Source of the DNA: Rebecca billardiae RCC1528
Taxonomy: Eukaryota; Protista; Haptophyta
Assembly: GCA_965240325.2 (NCBI GenBank)
Contig: OZ260670.1
Coordinates: 1-41,162, forward strand
Length of the DNA stretch: 41,162 nucleotides
Direction of reading: 5' to 3'
Under the pieces are notes generated by a model. The model had not been told where the DNA came from and made no database searches. It saw only the letters and a program-made list of their open reading frames with translations. Every line of letters begins with the position of its first letter. The first letter of the stretch is position 1. This document shows positions 17,346 to 27,991 of this stretch, piece by piece. The position numbers and the translations under genes were made by a program.

Positions 17346-18515
17346 CTAAGAGTTTAAGTTGTTTTGTACTAAACGGTGTTGGTAGTTTTCAAAAACCCCT
17401 AACAGCGGAATAATCACAAGAAGGAACCCAAAGTAATAGACTGTAGCTACCTGACTAATTTCAACATAAGGCGTTTCCGGAGTCTTACCACCGACCCAAC
17501 CAAGAATAAAACAATCAACAATAAAAAACCAATAAAATTGGCGGTATATTGGTCTGAAGTAAGCACTTCGTATCTTAGAGGTATTTATAAAAGGTAAAAA
17601 TAAGAGGGCGACTAAACCGAAAACTAACCCAATAACGCCGAGTAGTTTATTTGGAATAGCTCTTAAAATAGCATAAAAGGGCAAGAAGTACCATTCAGGA
17701 ACTATATGTTCTGGAGTAACCATAGGGTCGGCCATGATATAATTGTCTGGATGCCCTAAAGCGTTAGGGCTATAAAAAACAAAAAGAGAGAAGAACAGAA
17801 CGAAGGCAACTAAACCTAAAAGATCCTTCAAGATATAGTAAGGATAAAGACCTACTTTATCGACAGCAGAAGTAATACCTAAAGGGTTACTAGAGCCATC
17901 TTGATGTAAGGCAGCAATGTGAAGTACAGCAAAAGCGGCTATAAGAAATGGAAGCAAATAATGTAGACTAAAGAAGCGATTTAAAGTAGCGTTATCTACA
18001 GAGAAACCTCCCCAAAGCCAGTAAACAATTTTAGTACCTACTACAGGTACAGCAGAGAAAAGGTTTGTAATAACAGTAGCCCCCCAGAAGCTCATTTGGC
18101 CCCAAGGAAGAACGTAACCCATGAAAGCGGTAGCCATCATCAAGATAATAATAATAACACCTAAACACCAAACGAGCTCACGAGGATGTGTGTAAGAACC
18201 ATAGTAAAGACCACGAGCTACATGAATATAAACAACAATGAAAAACATGGAAGCCCCGTTAGCATGCACATAACGTAAAAGCCAGCCGTAGTTAACATCT
18301 CGCATAATATGTTCAACGCTGAGAAAAGCGAGATCAATATGCGGAGTATAGTGCATAGCTAAAGCTACTCCAGTTAAAATTTGGATACCTAAACAAATAG
18401 CAGAAAGAAAACCAAAATTCCAAGCGTAGTTTAAGTTAGAAGGAGTAGGATAATCAATTAAATGTTCGTTAGCCAGTACCATTACCGGATGTTTTTTTAA
18501 ATCAAATAAAGTCAT
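17346..18515 (-). CDS. cob: apocytochrome b
   Basis: [27 protein letters not shown]. Confidence 0.98.
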   Translation of the reverse strand: MTLFDLKKHPVMVLANEHLIDYPTPSNLNYAWNFGFLSAICLGIQILTGVALAMHYTPHIDLAFLSVEHIMRDVNYGWLLRYVHANGASMFFIVVYIHVARGLYYGSYTHPRELVWCLGVIIIILMMATAFMGYVLPWGQMSFWGATVITNLFSAVPVVGTKIVYWLWGGFSVDNATLNRFFSLHYLLPFLIAAFAVLHIAALHQDGSSNPLGITSAVDKVGLYPYYILKDLLGLVAFVLFFSLFVFYSPNALGHPDNYIMADPMVTPEHIVPEWYFLPFYAILRAIPNKLLGVIGLVFGLVALLFLPFINTSKIRSAYFRPIYRQFYWFFIVDCFILGWVGGKTPETPYVEISQVATVYYFGFLLVIIPLLGVFENYQHRLVQNNLNS

Positions 18516-18543
18516 AAAAAGGATAAAAAACAAAGTGAAAGGA

Positions 18544-18615
18544 CGGGCGTAGTGGGAATCGAACCCACCCCTTTTGCGCGACAAGCAAATACTCTAACCG
18601 ATAAGCGATACACCC
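18544..18615 (-). tRNA. trnD: tRNA-Asp(GUC)
   Basis: Anticodon arm TTTGC-TTGTCGC-GCAAA. Confidence 0.93.
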
Positions 18616-18618
18616 CCA

Positions 18619-18691
18619 AATGCTTGCTAGGATTTGAACCTAGAACCTTTGTGTCCGTAGCACAACGCGCTATCCGTTACGCCACAAGCAC
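18619..18691 (-). tRNA. trnR: tRNA-Arg(ACG)
   Basis: Anticodon arm TTGTG-CTACGGA-CACAA. Confidence 0.94.
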
Positions 18692-18697
18692 AGGACA

Positions 18698-18808
18698 TCC
18701 TGAAAAGTTTCGGTATTCTCTTAAAAAAAGATAATCCAGCGAAATGAAAAGGTGTTTTATGTCGAGGTCAAAAGGGATCGGAAACGGACCTTTTTATAAA
18801 AATCAGGA
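18698..18808 (-). rRNA. rrn5: divergent 5S rRNA
   Basis: Terminal helix TCCTGA/TCAGGA; helix II AAAAGGT/ACCTTTT; loop-C-like CCGATCCCTTTTGACCTCG; ~111 nt. Confidence 0.72.
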
Positions 18809-18848
18809 AAAAAAAGAAAATAATTTAAAAAAAAGGTTCTAACAATAA

Positions 18849-19226
18849 TTAATTTTTTTTTTGTTTGGGCGCACCATAAATAGAACGACCACGGGAACGA
18901 TTTACGACACCACTCAAATCAAGTATACCGCGAATTGCTTTATATTTCACACCAGGTAAATCCCTTAAGCGAGCACCTCGAACTAAAACAGTTGAAAATT
19001 TCTGCAAATTATGACCCTCACCAGGAATAAGGCAAGTGACAAACCGATTGTTCGACAGCTTTAATCGGGCTACTTTTCTATTAGCGGAGTTAGGTTTCTT
19101 TGGGTTCATGGAGAAAACTTTAACACAAACGCCCCTTTTTTGAGGGCATCTATCTAGGGATTTTAATCTAGAACTACGTATTTTCTTTGTACGCTTCTTT
19201 TTTAAAAGTTGAGAAATAGTAGGCAT
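18849..19226 (-). CDS. rps12: ribosomal protein S12
   Basis: [29 protein letters not shown]. Confidence 0.97.
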   Translation of the reverse strand: MPTISQLLKKKRTKKIRSSRLKSLDRCPQKRGVCVKVFSMNPKKPNSANRKVARLKLSNNRFVTCLIPGEGHNLQKFSTVLVRGARLRDLPGVKYKAIRGILDLSGVVNRSRGRSIYGAPKQKKN

Positions 19227-19251
19227 TTTACAAAGAAAGGAGTTGCAAAAA

Positions 19252-19416
19252 CTAGAACTGCTTGCGCTTTTTTATAGCTTTTACTAAAAGGTAAGAGTTT
19301 ATACGAAAAGTCTGATGAGCGATATTTGCTCTTTTAGAACGGTTAGTGAAAAAAAAAGAGTTCCAACGGTTATGTCTATAAGTACGAAAAGAAAGAGGAA
19401 TTGACTTACGAGCCAT
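19252..19416 (-). CDS. rps3: ribosomal protein S3-like N-terminal fragment (54 aa)
   Basis: [11 protein letters not shown]...WNS.F resembles the S3 N-terminus (MxxKxxPxxxR...W.S.W); no C-terminal S3 domain seen. Confidence 0.55.
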   Translation of the reverse strand: MARKSIPLSFRTYRHNRWNSFFFTNRSKRANIAHQTFRINSYLLVKAIKKRKQF

Positions 19417-19444
19417 TTTAAAAAAGAAAAAAAGCATGCACAGC

Positions 19445-22110
19445 AAAAGTTTTTAATAATTAGTGTTTTGGTCCACAAAGAGCAGAAAAAACCTAACGAA
19501 GTTTTATTATAAAACAGTAAAAAAGAAACGGCCGAAAAAGGTTTCCCGCTTAAGATGCCTTCAGCAGTACTAACACCACTCTGCGTAGCTGAAAAGGCCG
19601 TAAAGACTCACAAACAAGAGGCAGAGTCCACTTGCTCCTCTCGTACTAAAGCTAAATTTTCTTGGTTTCAGTGGATCTAGAAGATATAAAAAGAACTGTC
19701 TCACGACGTTCTGAACTCACCTCACGTACCCTTTTAAATGACGAACAGTCATACCCTTTGCACCTTTTTCAGCACAAGGATAGAGCGAGGCAACATCGAG
19801 GCACTTAATTTTTGCAGCGATATGTACTCTAAGCAAACTGTAGCCTGTTATCCCTAGCGTGACTTTTATCCGTTGATCGAAAGCCTTTCCATACAGGACT
19901 TTCGGGTCACTATGACCGACTTTTCGTCTCTGCGCGGTCTGTAGAACCTAGCAGTCAAGCAAGTATATACCATTACGCTTTAGAGCAGAAAAAACAACCC
20001 CTAACTTACCTTTGTACAACTCCGTTACTCTTTAGGAGTTTTCCGCCCCAGAAAAACGAGCAACCTGCCGCGGTTTAGCGATGACTATGAACAAACCAAT
20101 TGGACTGAGAGTGGTTTTTCAAGGACGCTAAAAAGCTCCCACTTAGACTACACAAAGAACAAAAGTTTTGTAACGACAGGCTCAAGTAAAGCGGCATAGG
20201 GTCTTCTTGTCTTTCTAGATCAGGTGCGCATCTTCACACACAATTCAATTTCACAAAGTCAACCTATGAGACAGTAGAGGCATTGTTACACCATTCATGC
20301 AGGACACCAATTATGTGACAAGGAATTTCGCTTCGCTTAGAACGGTTAGAGTTACCGCTGCCGTTTACTACAACTTATGGAAAAAGCAAAATCACTTTTT
20401 ACTTTCGTTAATTAGCACTGGGCAGGTGTCAAACCCTATACTTCATTTCTGAATTAGCAGGGTCCTGTGTTTTTGTTAAACAGTCACACCTCTCAATATT
20501 TACGGCGTTTCAGGTTGCCCTAAAAAGCCACTCCCTTCTACCGAAGATACGGGAATATTTTGCCGAGTTCCTTATAGGCTGTTATCTCTATCGCTATAGG
20601 CGCTTTAACGCCAACCTACCTGCGTCGGTATAAAGTACGGTCTTTTAAAATTAAGAAAAGAAAAAAAAAATCTTTTCGTTACTATTGCTTTTTCCAGGAG
20701 AACGATTAAAAGCCCAAAAATTTTTGAACATTAAACGAGTTCTCGTCACAATAGAAAAGGCTTAATAAATTCCCATCTAAATGGCTTTCGCCAGACAATA
20801 AGGGACCGGCTTTTTCTCCGCAAACTTCTTTTCGGAGAAAACCTTAGGTTTATAGCGGATTGGCTTCAATACCAAAAATTTCGTTACTCATCCTAGTATA
20901 AGCAATTCTGAACTCTTCAAAAAACTTTACAATTTTTCTTCAACAAGATACAGAACGTTTAGCTACCACCAAAAAAAAATGGACTTTTTTCTTCAAGGGA
21001 AGAAAACACACCAATTTCACAGTTTGCGCCTTCGGTGATTTATACCAAACCCTATGAATTTTCGGCTTTATTTACCTGTAAGCAAGTGAGCTATTACGCT
21101 TTCATTAAAAGGTGGCTGCTTCCAAGCCTACATCCTTGCTGTTATTAGAAAATAACAACCTTTAGACTTAACAAATCTTTAGGACCTTATGCAACAATCT
21201 GGGCTGTTTCCCTTTTGACAAAAGACCTTATCGCCTAATGTCCGACTCTCTACAAAAAAAAACGCAACATTTTAAGTTTCCAAAAGTGCAGTAACAATTA
21301 AATGCCCCACAACTTAAAGAGAGCTTTACCTCTGCGCTTTTTAGGTAGAGGCACTACCTCAATAGCTTTCGCAAAAAACCAGCTATCTCAAAGTTCGATT
21401 GGCTTTTCACCGCTAACCAAAGCTCACCTCAGCCTATTGCAACAGACACGAGTAAAGCCCAAAAGCCAGGCCATGGTTAGATCACTTTGTTTCGGGTATT
21501 TTTACGCAAACTGGAAAACACAATTAATGTTTTACGCTTTAACTACGCCTTCTTTTTTAAATTAGGCTTGCTTACGAAAAAAACTCACTAGGCCGTTATG
21601 CAAAAAGTACTTTTTTAATAAAAAAGGAAGTTATTAAAGTTTCATAATCTTAGTTTCACTCCCTCAAAGGGTTCTTTTCAGCCTTTCCCTCACGGTACTC
21701 AATTCACTATAGCTTAGCTTTTTTGTTATTATAAGAGGAAGGTACCCCTTTCTTCAAGCGAAAAACCACTTTAATTTAAAAATAAGAAACTTTCAAGAAG
21801 GCTACGGGACTAAAACCCTCTACGGTAAATTAACCTGAATCGTTGAAAGCCTTAGAGCACGCGTTCTTTCGCCAATACTAACGTACTTTTCTGTTGATAT
21901 ATGGATAGGTTACTTAGATGTTTCAGTTCACCTAACAGTAGGAAAGCAACCTAACATAGCTGCAAACCGGAATAATAGGAACAAAAAACCTATTATAACA
22001 AAAGTTTTCTTTATAGAATGTCTTTTGCATGGGAAAACCCTGCTAAGAATTTCAAAAACGTCTTACTTTAAAAGCTAGCGAGGAATCCACTTTAATAAAA
22101 GTTGTTTGCG
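19445..22110 (-). rRNA. rnl: large subunit rRNA (ends approximate)
   Basis: GGGATAACAGGCT, CAGAACGTCGTGAGACAG, GAAATTCCTTGTC, GAGTACCGTGAGGGAAAG motifs. Confidence 0.96.
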
Positions 22111-22172
22111 GAGCACAAAATCGTTTACATTAGTTCAAATAAAACTTTAGATAATTAAAAGGGTCAGCTTTG

Positions 22173-22567
22173 TTAAGCACCACCCCACCAATATACTGCT
22201 ACAAAAAGAAACAGCCAGACAACATCAACGAAATGCCAGTAAAAAATTGCGGCTTCTAATCCGATATGATGCTCTTTTGAAAAGTGAAAACACATCAAAC
22301 GATATAGGCAAACAGCCAAAAACGTAGTACCTATAAGAACATGAAAACCATGAAACCCTGTTGCCATAAAAAAAGTCGACCCAAAAACAGAATCAGAAAT
22401 AGAGAAAGGCGCACTAGCGTATTCTAGACCTTGGAAACCAGTAAAAATCAGAGCTAAAACGATAGTAAAAACCAAACTTATAACGGCATCGTTATGCTTA
22501 CCGAAAATAATAGCATGATGGCACCAAGTAACAGTAGCTCCGGACAAAAGAAGTATTAAAGTATTAA
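22173..22567 (-). CDS. cox3: cytochrome c oxidase subunit 3, exon 2
   Basis: [15 protein letters not shown]...TGFHGFHV...[12 protein letters not shown]. Confidence 0.96.
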
Positions 22568-23480
22568 AGTTGGATAGGTAGATCCCTCGCGAGATTTTCC
22601 CCCCTTGAGATCCGTACGTGAGACTTTCACCTCATACGGCTCCGACCCAAAGACTTGGTTGATCAGACAGCAGCAATAATTCCTTCTATCTTCCAAGCGG
22701 CTCTTAATGCTTCGTTTTTAGAGTGAGTAACCTCAGCGTGACAAGACTTATGAAGTTTTTTTTTCCTCACAAATAAAAAGTCATTTGCATTAAAAGCCCT
22801 AACAATCAAAAGCTGAAGTTTGCGCAAGTCAAAATGTGCCTTACGTCAATTAAATAGAGTTCCAGGGTAGAGATAATTGAGTTTTAGCCATAAAACTGAA
22901 TGACCGCTACCCATATTAGTCTCGTACACTTGGAAACGATTAATCCCTCTTACTCGAAAGTTTTCGCTTTGTAGCCTCATAGATAAGTAGGCAAGCCTCT
23001 CGGCCAGGGCAAATTTTGAACCCCTATCCCTTCGATTAAAGAAAGGCATTCGCTTTTTATCCGTTCTTTTACCCAGTGTCATATAAGGAAGGATTACTCC
23101 AGCCCGAGTCCAAGTGGACTGACAGTGGGCTTACCAAGTTCTACAATAGTTACCAATAAAATCCCCTTAGCTGCCCTCTTTACACCGGCGAACCGTCAAG
23201 ACTAAACAGGGGACTGCCCAGCCCCTGTTCCTATCGCGATCTCATGAAGTACTAGAGTATGAGATTTCAAATTTACGATGCGTACATACAAGGGTTCGCT
23301 TCCGCTCAGCATAGGAATTGAGCCTCGCTCTCTAGCCCCTCCTAGTTAGGAACTAGAGCTACTTTGTCAGTAGAGCTTCACACCACCGGATTACTCTAGT
23401 CGCATGTCTACTTAGGCTTATCCCAGTCATGAAAGGATAGTAGATTTAACTACATTAACTATTGCAACTTCTTGTCGCAC
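22568..23480 (-). mobile_element. cox3 intron: ORF-less group IIB-like intron (copy B), 913 nt
   Basis: GTGCGACAAGAAG...CTATCCAACT; splicing restores WQIPA-L-NT; near-identical to copies A and C. Confidence 0.92.
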
Positions 23481-23901
23481 GGGCGGGGATTTGCCAAGGA
23501 TTAAAAGGCTCTATACCTTTTGGAGGCCAAATAGCCCCTATTTCTATAGTAGGAGCGATGCTAGCGCTAAAGAATGCCCAAAAGAAAGCAAAAAAAAACA
23601 TCACTTCAGAAACAATAAAAAGAATTACGCCATTACGCAGACCTTCTTGAACAACAAGAGTATGGTGCCCTTCAAAGGTTCCCTCGCGTACGACATCACG
23701 CCACCAAATAAACATGCAAATTGTCGTAATAAAAAGACTAATAAAAAGAAGAGCTTCACCCCCAGAATGCGAGTGAAAGTACATAACCGCACCAATAGCA
23801 GCAGCTAATGCAGAAAAAGAAGTAGCAAGAGGCCACGGGCTTGGATCTACAAGATGAAAACCGTGGCGCTGTGAGAAATAGCGAACAGAAGAAAGATACA
23901 T
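23481..23901 (-). CDS. cox3: cytochrome c oxidase subunit 3, exon 1
   Basis: [27 protein letters not shown]. Confidence 0.96.
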
Positions 23902-23910
23902 AAAAATACT

Positions 23911-24174
23911 TTAAAGAGTTTTTTTTTTTGTTTTTTTTTTTGGACGCATACGAAAGCGAAAAAGCTCGCCACCTTTTTTACCAACTAAAAAATCAGAAGA
24001 GGAGATTTTTTCAAGAGAGAAACCTTTTTGTATTACAAACGAAGATTTAAGAAACTCAGGGATAACAGTATTTTGCTTAAAAATTCGAAAGGCTCTAGGT
24101 ATTCTATTATCAACAAGGCAATGTACAAAAAAAGGGGAAGGCATTACAGGAAGTTTAGATGAGGAGCGAGCCAC
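23911..24174 (-). CDS. rps19: ribosomal protein S19 (likely GTG start; TTG at 24210 is an alternative)
   Basis: (M)ARSSSK.P, VIPEF, VGKKGGE resemble S19 (RS..K.P / I.P.F / VG.K.GEF). Confidence 0.7.
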   Translation of the reverse strand: MARSSSKLPVMPSPFFVHCLVDNRIPRAFRIFKQNTVIPEFLKSSFVIQKGFSLEKISSSDFLVGKKGGELFRFRMRPKKKTKKKTL

Positions 24175-24289
24175 ATTTTTTACACTTACACAAGACCTTA
24201 AAAAGGTCAAAAAAGAATAGATTTAATTAAAAAATCCGAGGAATTAAATCGCAAATAAAGAAGAAAGCAAAGCTTTTACAAGAGTCTAA

Positions 24290-26320
24290 CTAATCAAAAC
24301 AAGTAGAAACTAGAAAAAAAGAAAGGCTTAAGGAAACCAATGTAATAAAAGAAAAACCACTATCTATAAAAAGCCCTTGAAAACTTGAAAGCAGCAAAAA
24401 GAAAGCTGAGCTTAGGACAAAGAAAAAAATATAATGGTAAAGTAAGCCCGTCTGATTTTTTGAAAAATTAGAAAGTAAAGATTGCGAAGAAACCAAAGCA
24501 CCGAAAGGACCTAGCTGTTCAATATAACCTTTGTCTAAAGAAAGGAAAGTATATCTGTAGCCTAAAGTCATTAATTTATGAGCAATAAATTCGTTAAAAA
24601 CCTGATCAAAGTGCCATTTTGCGGCTAAAAACTTTTGAGCAGGGATAGCTACAAAGCTAAAGTGTTTAAGTAACATAAAAATATAGCGCTTCCAGACTAA
24701 AGAGTTAGTAGAGCTCAGCAGAGCAAAAGCTAAGAAGAAACCCAGTAGCCCTAAAAAAAAAGGAATATGTTTGAGTAAAACGGGCAAAAACTCTGCCTCT
24801 ACTAGAACTGACGAACTTGGCATAGAGAAGAGAACACCATTCCAGGTATTTGTACCTAAGCCAACGAAAAGCTCTTTAGTAAGAAAACCTACAAAAATGG
24901 CACCGAAAGATAATATGACCAAAGGAAGAGACATAGCCAATGGAGCTTCGTGAGCGCTTTCAACGTATACTTTATAAGAACTACGTGTATTTAAAAAACT
25001 TAAGTGTAACAAACGGTAAGAGTATAGAGAGGTGCAGAGAGCCGCCAGAAGGCCTAAAATATGAGCGAAAGAACCAAACCAAGTGTTATGGGCCAGAGCT
25101 AGCTCAAGAATAGTATCTTTGGAATAGAACCCCGTTAAAAAGGGAAATCCCGTAAGGGCGAGAGAGCCGATTAAGATAAAAGTGTATGTAAAAGAGAAAA
25201 GCTTACCTAAGGCCATTTTTCGCATGTCCTGTTCATCACAGATACCGTGAATGACACAACCTGCACTTAAAAAAAGGAGTGCTTTAAAAAAAGCATGATT
25301 CGCCAAGTGAAAGAAAGCTACCGAATACTGCGACAAACCGCAAGCGAAGACCATGTAACCTAATTGACTACATGTTGAATAAGCAATAACTCGTTTCATG
25401 TCATTTTGTACAAGACCTGTTGAAGCAGCAAAAAAAGCAGTACTTGCACCAACGATACAAAGTATCGAGAGAATTTGTGGGGCTTGCTCGAAGAGAGGAG
25501 CACTTCTTATAATAACAAAAACTCCTGCAGTAACCATGGTAGCCGCATGTATTAACGCAGAAACGGGAGTAGGGCCTTCCATTGCATCAGGAAGCCAAGT
25601 ATGAAGACCTAACTGAGCAGACTTACCTACGGCACCCCAGAAGAGTAAAAAACAGATAACGTCTAAAAAAGAAAAAGAATAACCTAGAAAAGAAAAAAGG
25701 GGGTTCTGCAAAGCACACGCGGAAAGGAAGACAGAGGCATAATCGAGACTATGAAAAAGAACAAAAATCCCACAGAGACCTAAGCAAAGACCCAGATCAC
25801 CCACGCGGTTGACAAGCATAGCTTTTATTGCAGCCTTGTTAGCTTGAATCCGCGTATTCCAAAAACTAATAAGAAGGTACGACACTAGACCTACACCTTC
25901 CCAACCAACAAACATTTGAGCAAAGTTATCGGAAGTAACAAGTAAAAGCATAAAAAAGGTAAACAAAGACAAATAGGACATAAAACGACAAAGGTGTGGA
26001 TCGTTTTCCATATAACTAGTGGCGTAAAGGTGTACTAAAGCAGAGACAGAAGTAACAACGACGAGCATACTAGCGCACAAACAATCAAAAAGAAAACCCC
26101 AAGAGACCACAAAGCTTTCAGCCACCATCCAGTCAACTAACTTTATGGAGCAAAGACTTTGGCAAATGCAAACCTCATAAAAGATGAAAAGTGATAAGAA
26201 TAAAGCCAAGAAAGTGCAAAAAGTAGTAAAAAGGCTAACACCCTGGCGACCAAGGAAGCGGCCACAGGAAGCAGCAACAATGAAGCTAAATAAAGGCAGA
26301 GCTACGACAGAAAGATACAT
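24290..26320 (-). CDS. nad5: NADH dehydrogenase subunit 5
   Basis: GWEGVG, GKSAQ.GLH.WLPDAMEGPTPVSALIHAATMV. Confidence 0.98.
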   Translation of the reverse strand: MYLSVVALPLFSFIVAASCGRFLGRQGVSLFTTFCTFLALFLSLFIFYEVCICQSLCSIKLVDWMVAESFVVSWGFLFDCLCASMLVVVTSVSALVHLYATSYMENDPHLCRFMSYLSLFTFFMLLLVTSDNFAQMFVGWEGVGLVSYLLISFWNTRIQANKAAIKAMLVNRVGDLGLCLGLCGIFVLFHSLDYASVFLSACALQNPLFSFLGYSFSFLDVICFLLFWGAVGKSAQLGLHTWLPDAMEGPTPVSALIHAATMVTAGVFVIIRSAPLFEQAPQILSILCIVGASTAFFAASTGLVQNDMKRVIAYSTCSQLGYMVFACGLSQYSVAFFHLANHAFFKALLFLSAGCVIHGICDEQDMRKMALGKLFSFTYTFILIGSLALTGFPFLTGFYSKDTILELALAHNTWFGSFAHILGLLAALCTSLYSYRLLHLSFLNTRSSYKVYVESAHEAPLAMSLPLVILSFGAIFVGFLTKELFVGLGTNTWNGVLFSMPSSSVLVEAEFLPVLLKHIPFFLGLLGFFLAFALLSSTNSLVWKRYIFMLLKHFSFVAIPAQKFLAAKWHFDQVFNEFIAHKLMTLGYRYTFLSLDKGYIEQLGPFGALVSSQSLLSNFSKNQTGLLYHYIFFFVLSSAFFLLLSSFQGLFIDSGFSFITLVSLSLSFFLVSTCFD

Positions 26321-26328
26321 AAAATAAA

Positions 26329-26688
26329 TTATTCCCACTCAAGAGCGCCTTTTTGCCATTCGAAAACAAACCCTACTGTAAGAATAAACAGAAACAAAAT
26401 CATAGACCAAAAACCAAAAGAACCTATATTTTCTAGAACGAGAGCCCAAGGAAATAAAAAGCTAATCTCTAGATCAAAAATAATGAAAAGGATAGCTACT
26501 AGATAAAATCGAACATCAAACTGGCTTCGAGCATCTTCGAAAGGATTAAAGCCACACTCATAAGCAGAAACTTTTTCCACATCAGCGGAACTGACACTAA
26601 GTAAAAAAGAAAGAACAAAAAGAGCAACAGAAAGAAACAGGCTAAACATCGAAAAAACTAAAAGGGTCGTAAATTCATAAATATACAT
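26329..26688 (-). CDS. nad3: NADH dehydrogenase subunit 3
   Basis: [23 protein letters not shown]. Confidence 0.97.
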   Translation of the reverse strand: MYIYEFTTLLVFSMFSLFLSVALFVLSFLLSVSSADVEKVSAYECGFNPFEDARSQFDVRFYLVAILFIIFDLEISFLFPWALVLENIGSFGFWSMILFLFILTVGFVFEWQKGALEWE

Positions 26689-26742
26689 AAAATAAAGGTA
26701 CAAAAAGCCTGCCAAGAAATCCGAGAATATAAAATGGATTAC

Positions 26743-27076
26743 TTAAATAACCCCTAAAACGAACGTGTGTAAAGTTTGAAGAACACTTTGTGGAAAGATA
26801 CCGAAAAAGAAAACTAGAATTACAAAAGGAAATAAAAGATAAAACTCACGACGAGATATATCAGAAACAGCTAAAACAAACAAGTTTTTAGGATTTCCAA
26901 AAAGTATTCTATTAGCGAGCCAAATAGAATAAGCTGCACCGAAAACTAAACTAAGGGAAGCCAGCAGAGTAGAAAAAGGGTTAGACTGAAACAGGCCGAT
27001 CAATACGAAAAATTCACCGACGAAACTACTTGTGAGAGGAAGACCTAAGTTTGCTAAAGTTAAGGATAGAAATATG
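26743..27076 (-). CDS. nad4: NADH dehydrogenase subunit 4, exon 2
   Basis: TLANLGLPLTSSFVGEF...AAYSIWL...DISRRE. Confidence 0.94.
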
Positions 27077-27991
27077 AGATGGATAGGTAGATCCCTCGCG
27101 GGATTTCCCCCCCGTGAGAACCGTACGTGAGACTTTCACCTCATACGGCTCCGACCCAAAGACTTGGTCGATTAGTCGGCAGCAATAATACCTTCTATTT
27201 TCCAAGCGGCTCTTAATGCTTCATCTTTAGAGTGAGTAGCCTCAGCGTGACAAGGCTTATGAAGTTTTTTTTTCCTCACAAGTAAAAAGTCATTTGCATT
27301 AAAAGCCCTAACAATCGAAAGTTGAAGTTTGCGCAAGCCAAAATGTGCCTTACGTCAATTAATAGAATCCCAGAGTAGGGATAATTGAGTTTTAATCATA
27401 AAATTGAATGACCGCTACCCATATTAGTCTCGTACACTTGATAACTATTAATCCCTCTAACTCGGAGGTTTTCGCTTTGTAGCCTCATAGGCAAGTCAGC
27501 AAGCCTCTCGGCCAGGGCAAATTTTGAACCCTTATCCTTTCGATTAAAGAAAGGCATTCGCTTTTTACCCGTTCTTTTACCCAGTGTCATATAAGATTAG
27601 ATTGCTCCAACCCGAGTCGTTGAGGACTGACAGTGGGCTTACCAAGTTCTACAATAGTTACCAATAAAATCCCCTTAGCTGCCCTCTCTACACCGGCGAT
27701 ATCGTCAAGACTAAACAGGGGACAGCCTAACCCCTGTTCCTATCGCGATCCCATAAAATACTAGAGTATGAGATTTCCCTCTAACGATGCGTGAATTACG
27801 AGGGTTCGCTTCCGCTCAGCATAGGGATTGAGCCTAGCACTACTAACCCCACCTAGTTAGGGGCTAGAGTTACTTTGTCAGTAGAGCTTCAGACCACCGG
27901 ATTACTCCAGTCGCATGTCTACCTAGGCTTATCCCAGTCAAGAAAGGATAGCAGATTTAACTGCATTAACTATTGCAACTTCTTGTCGCAC
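27077..27991 (-). mobile_element. nad4 intron: ORF-less group IIB-like intron (copy C), 915 nt
   Basis: GTGCGACAAGAAG...CTATCCATCT; splicing restores MPLFS-F-IFL; near-identical to copies A and B. Confidence 0.92.

Noticed and set aside
17346-18584. N-terminal extensions in the ORF track for cob, nad4, atp8, atp4, nad5 and the cox1/RT fusions
   Set aside because: The extensions run through tRNA genes, neighbouring genes or intron domains V/VI; starts were reassigned by homology
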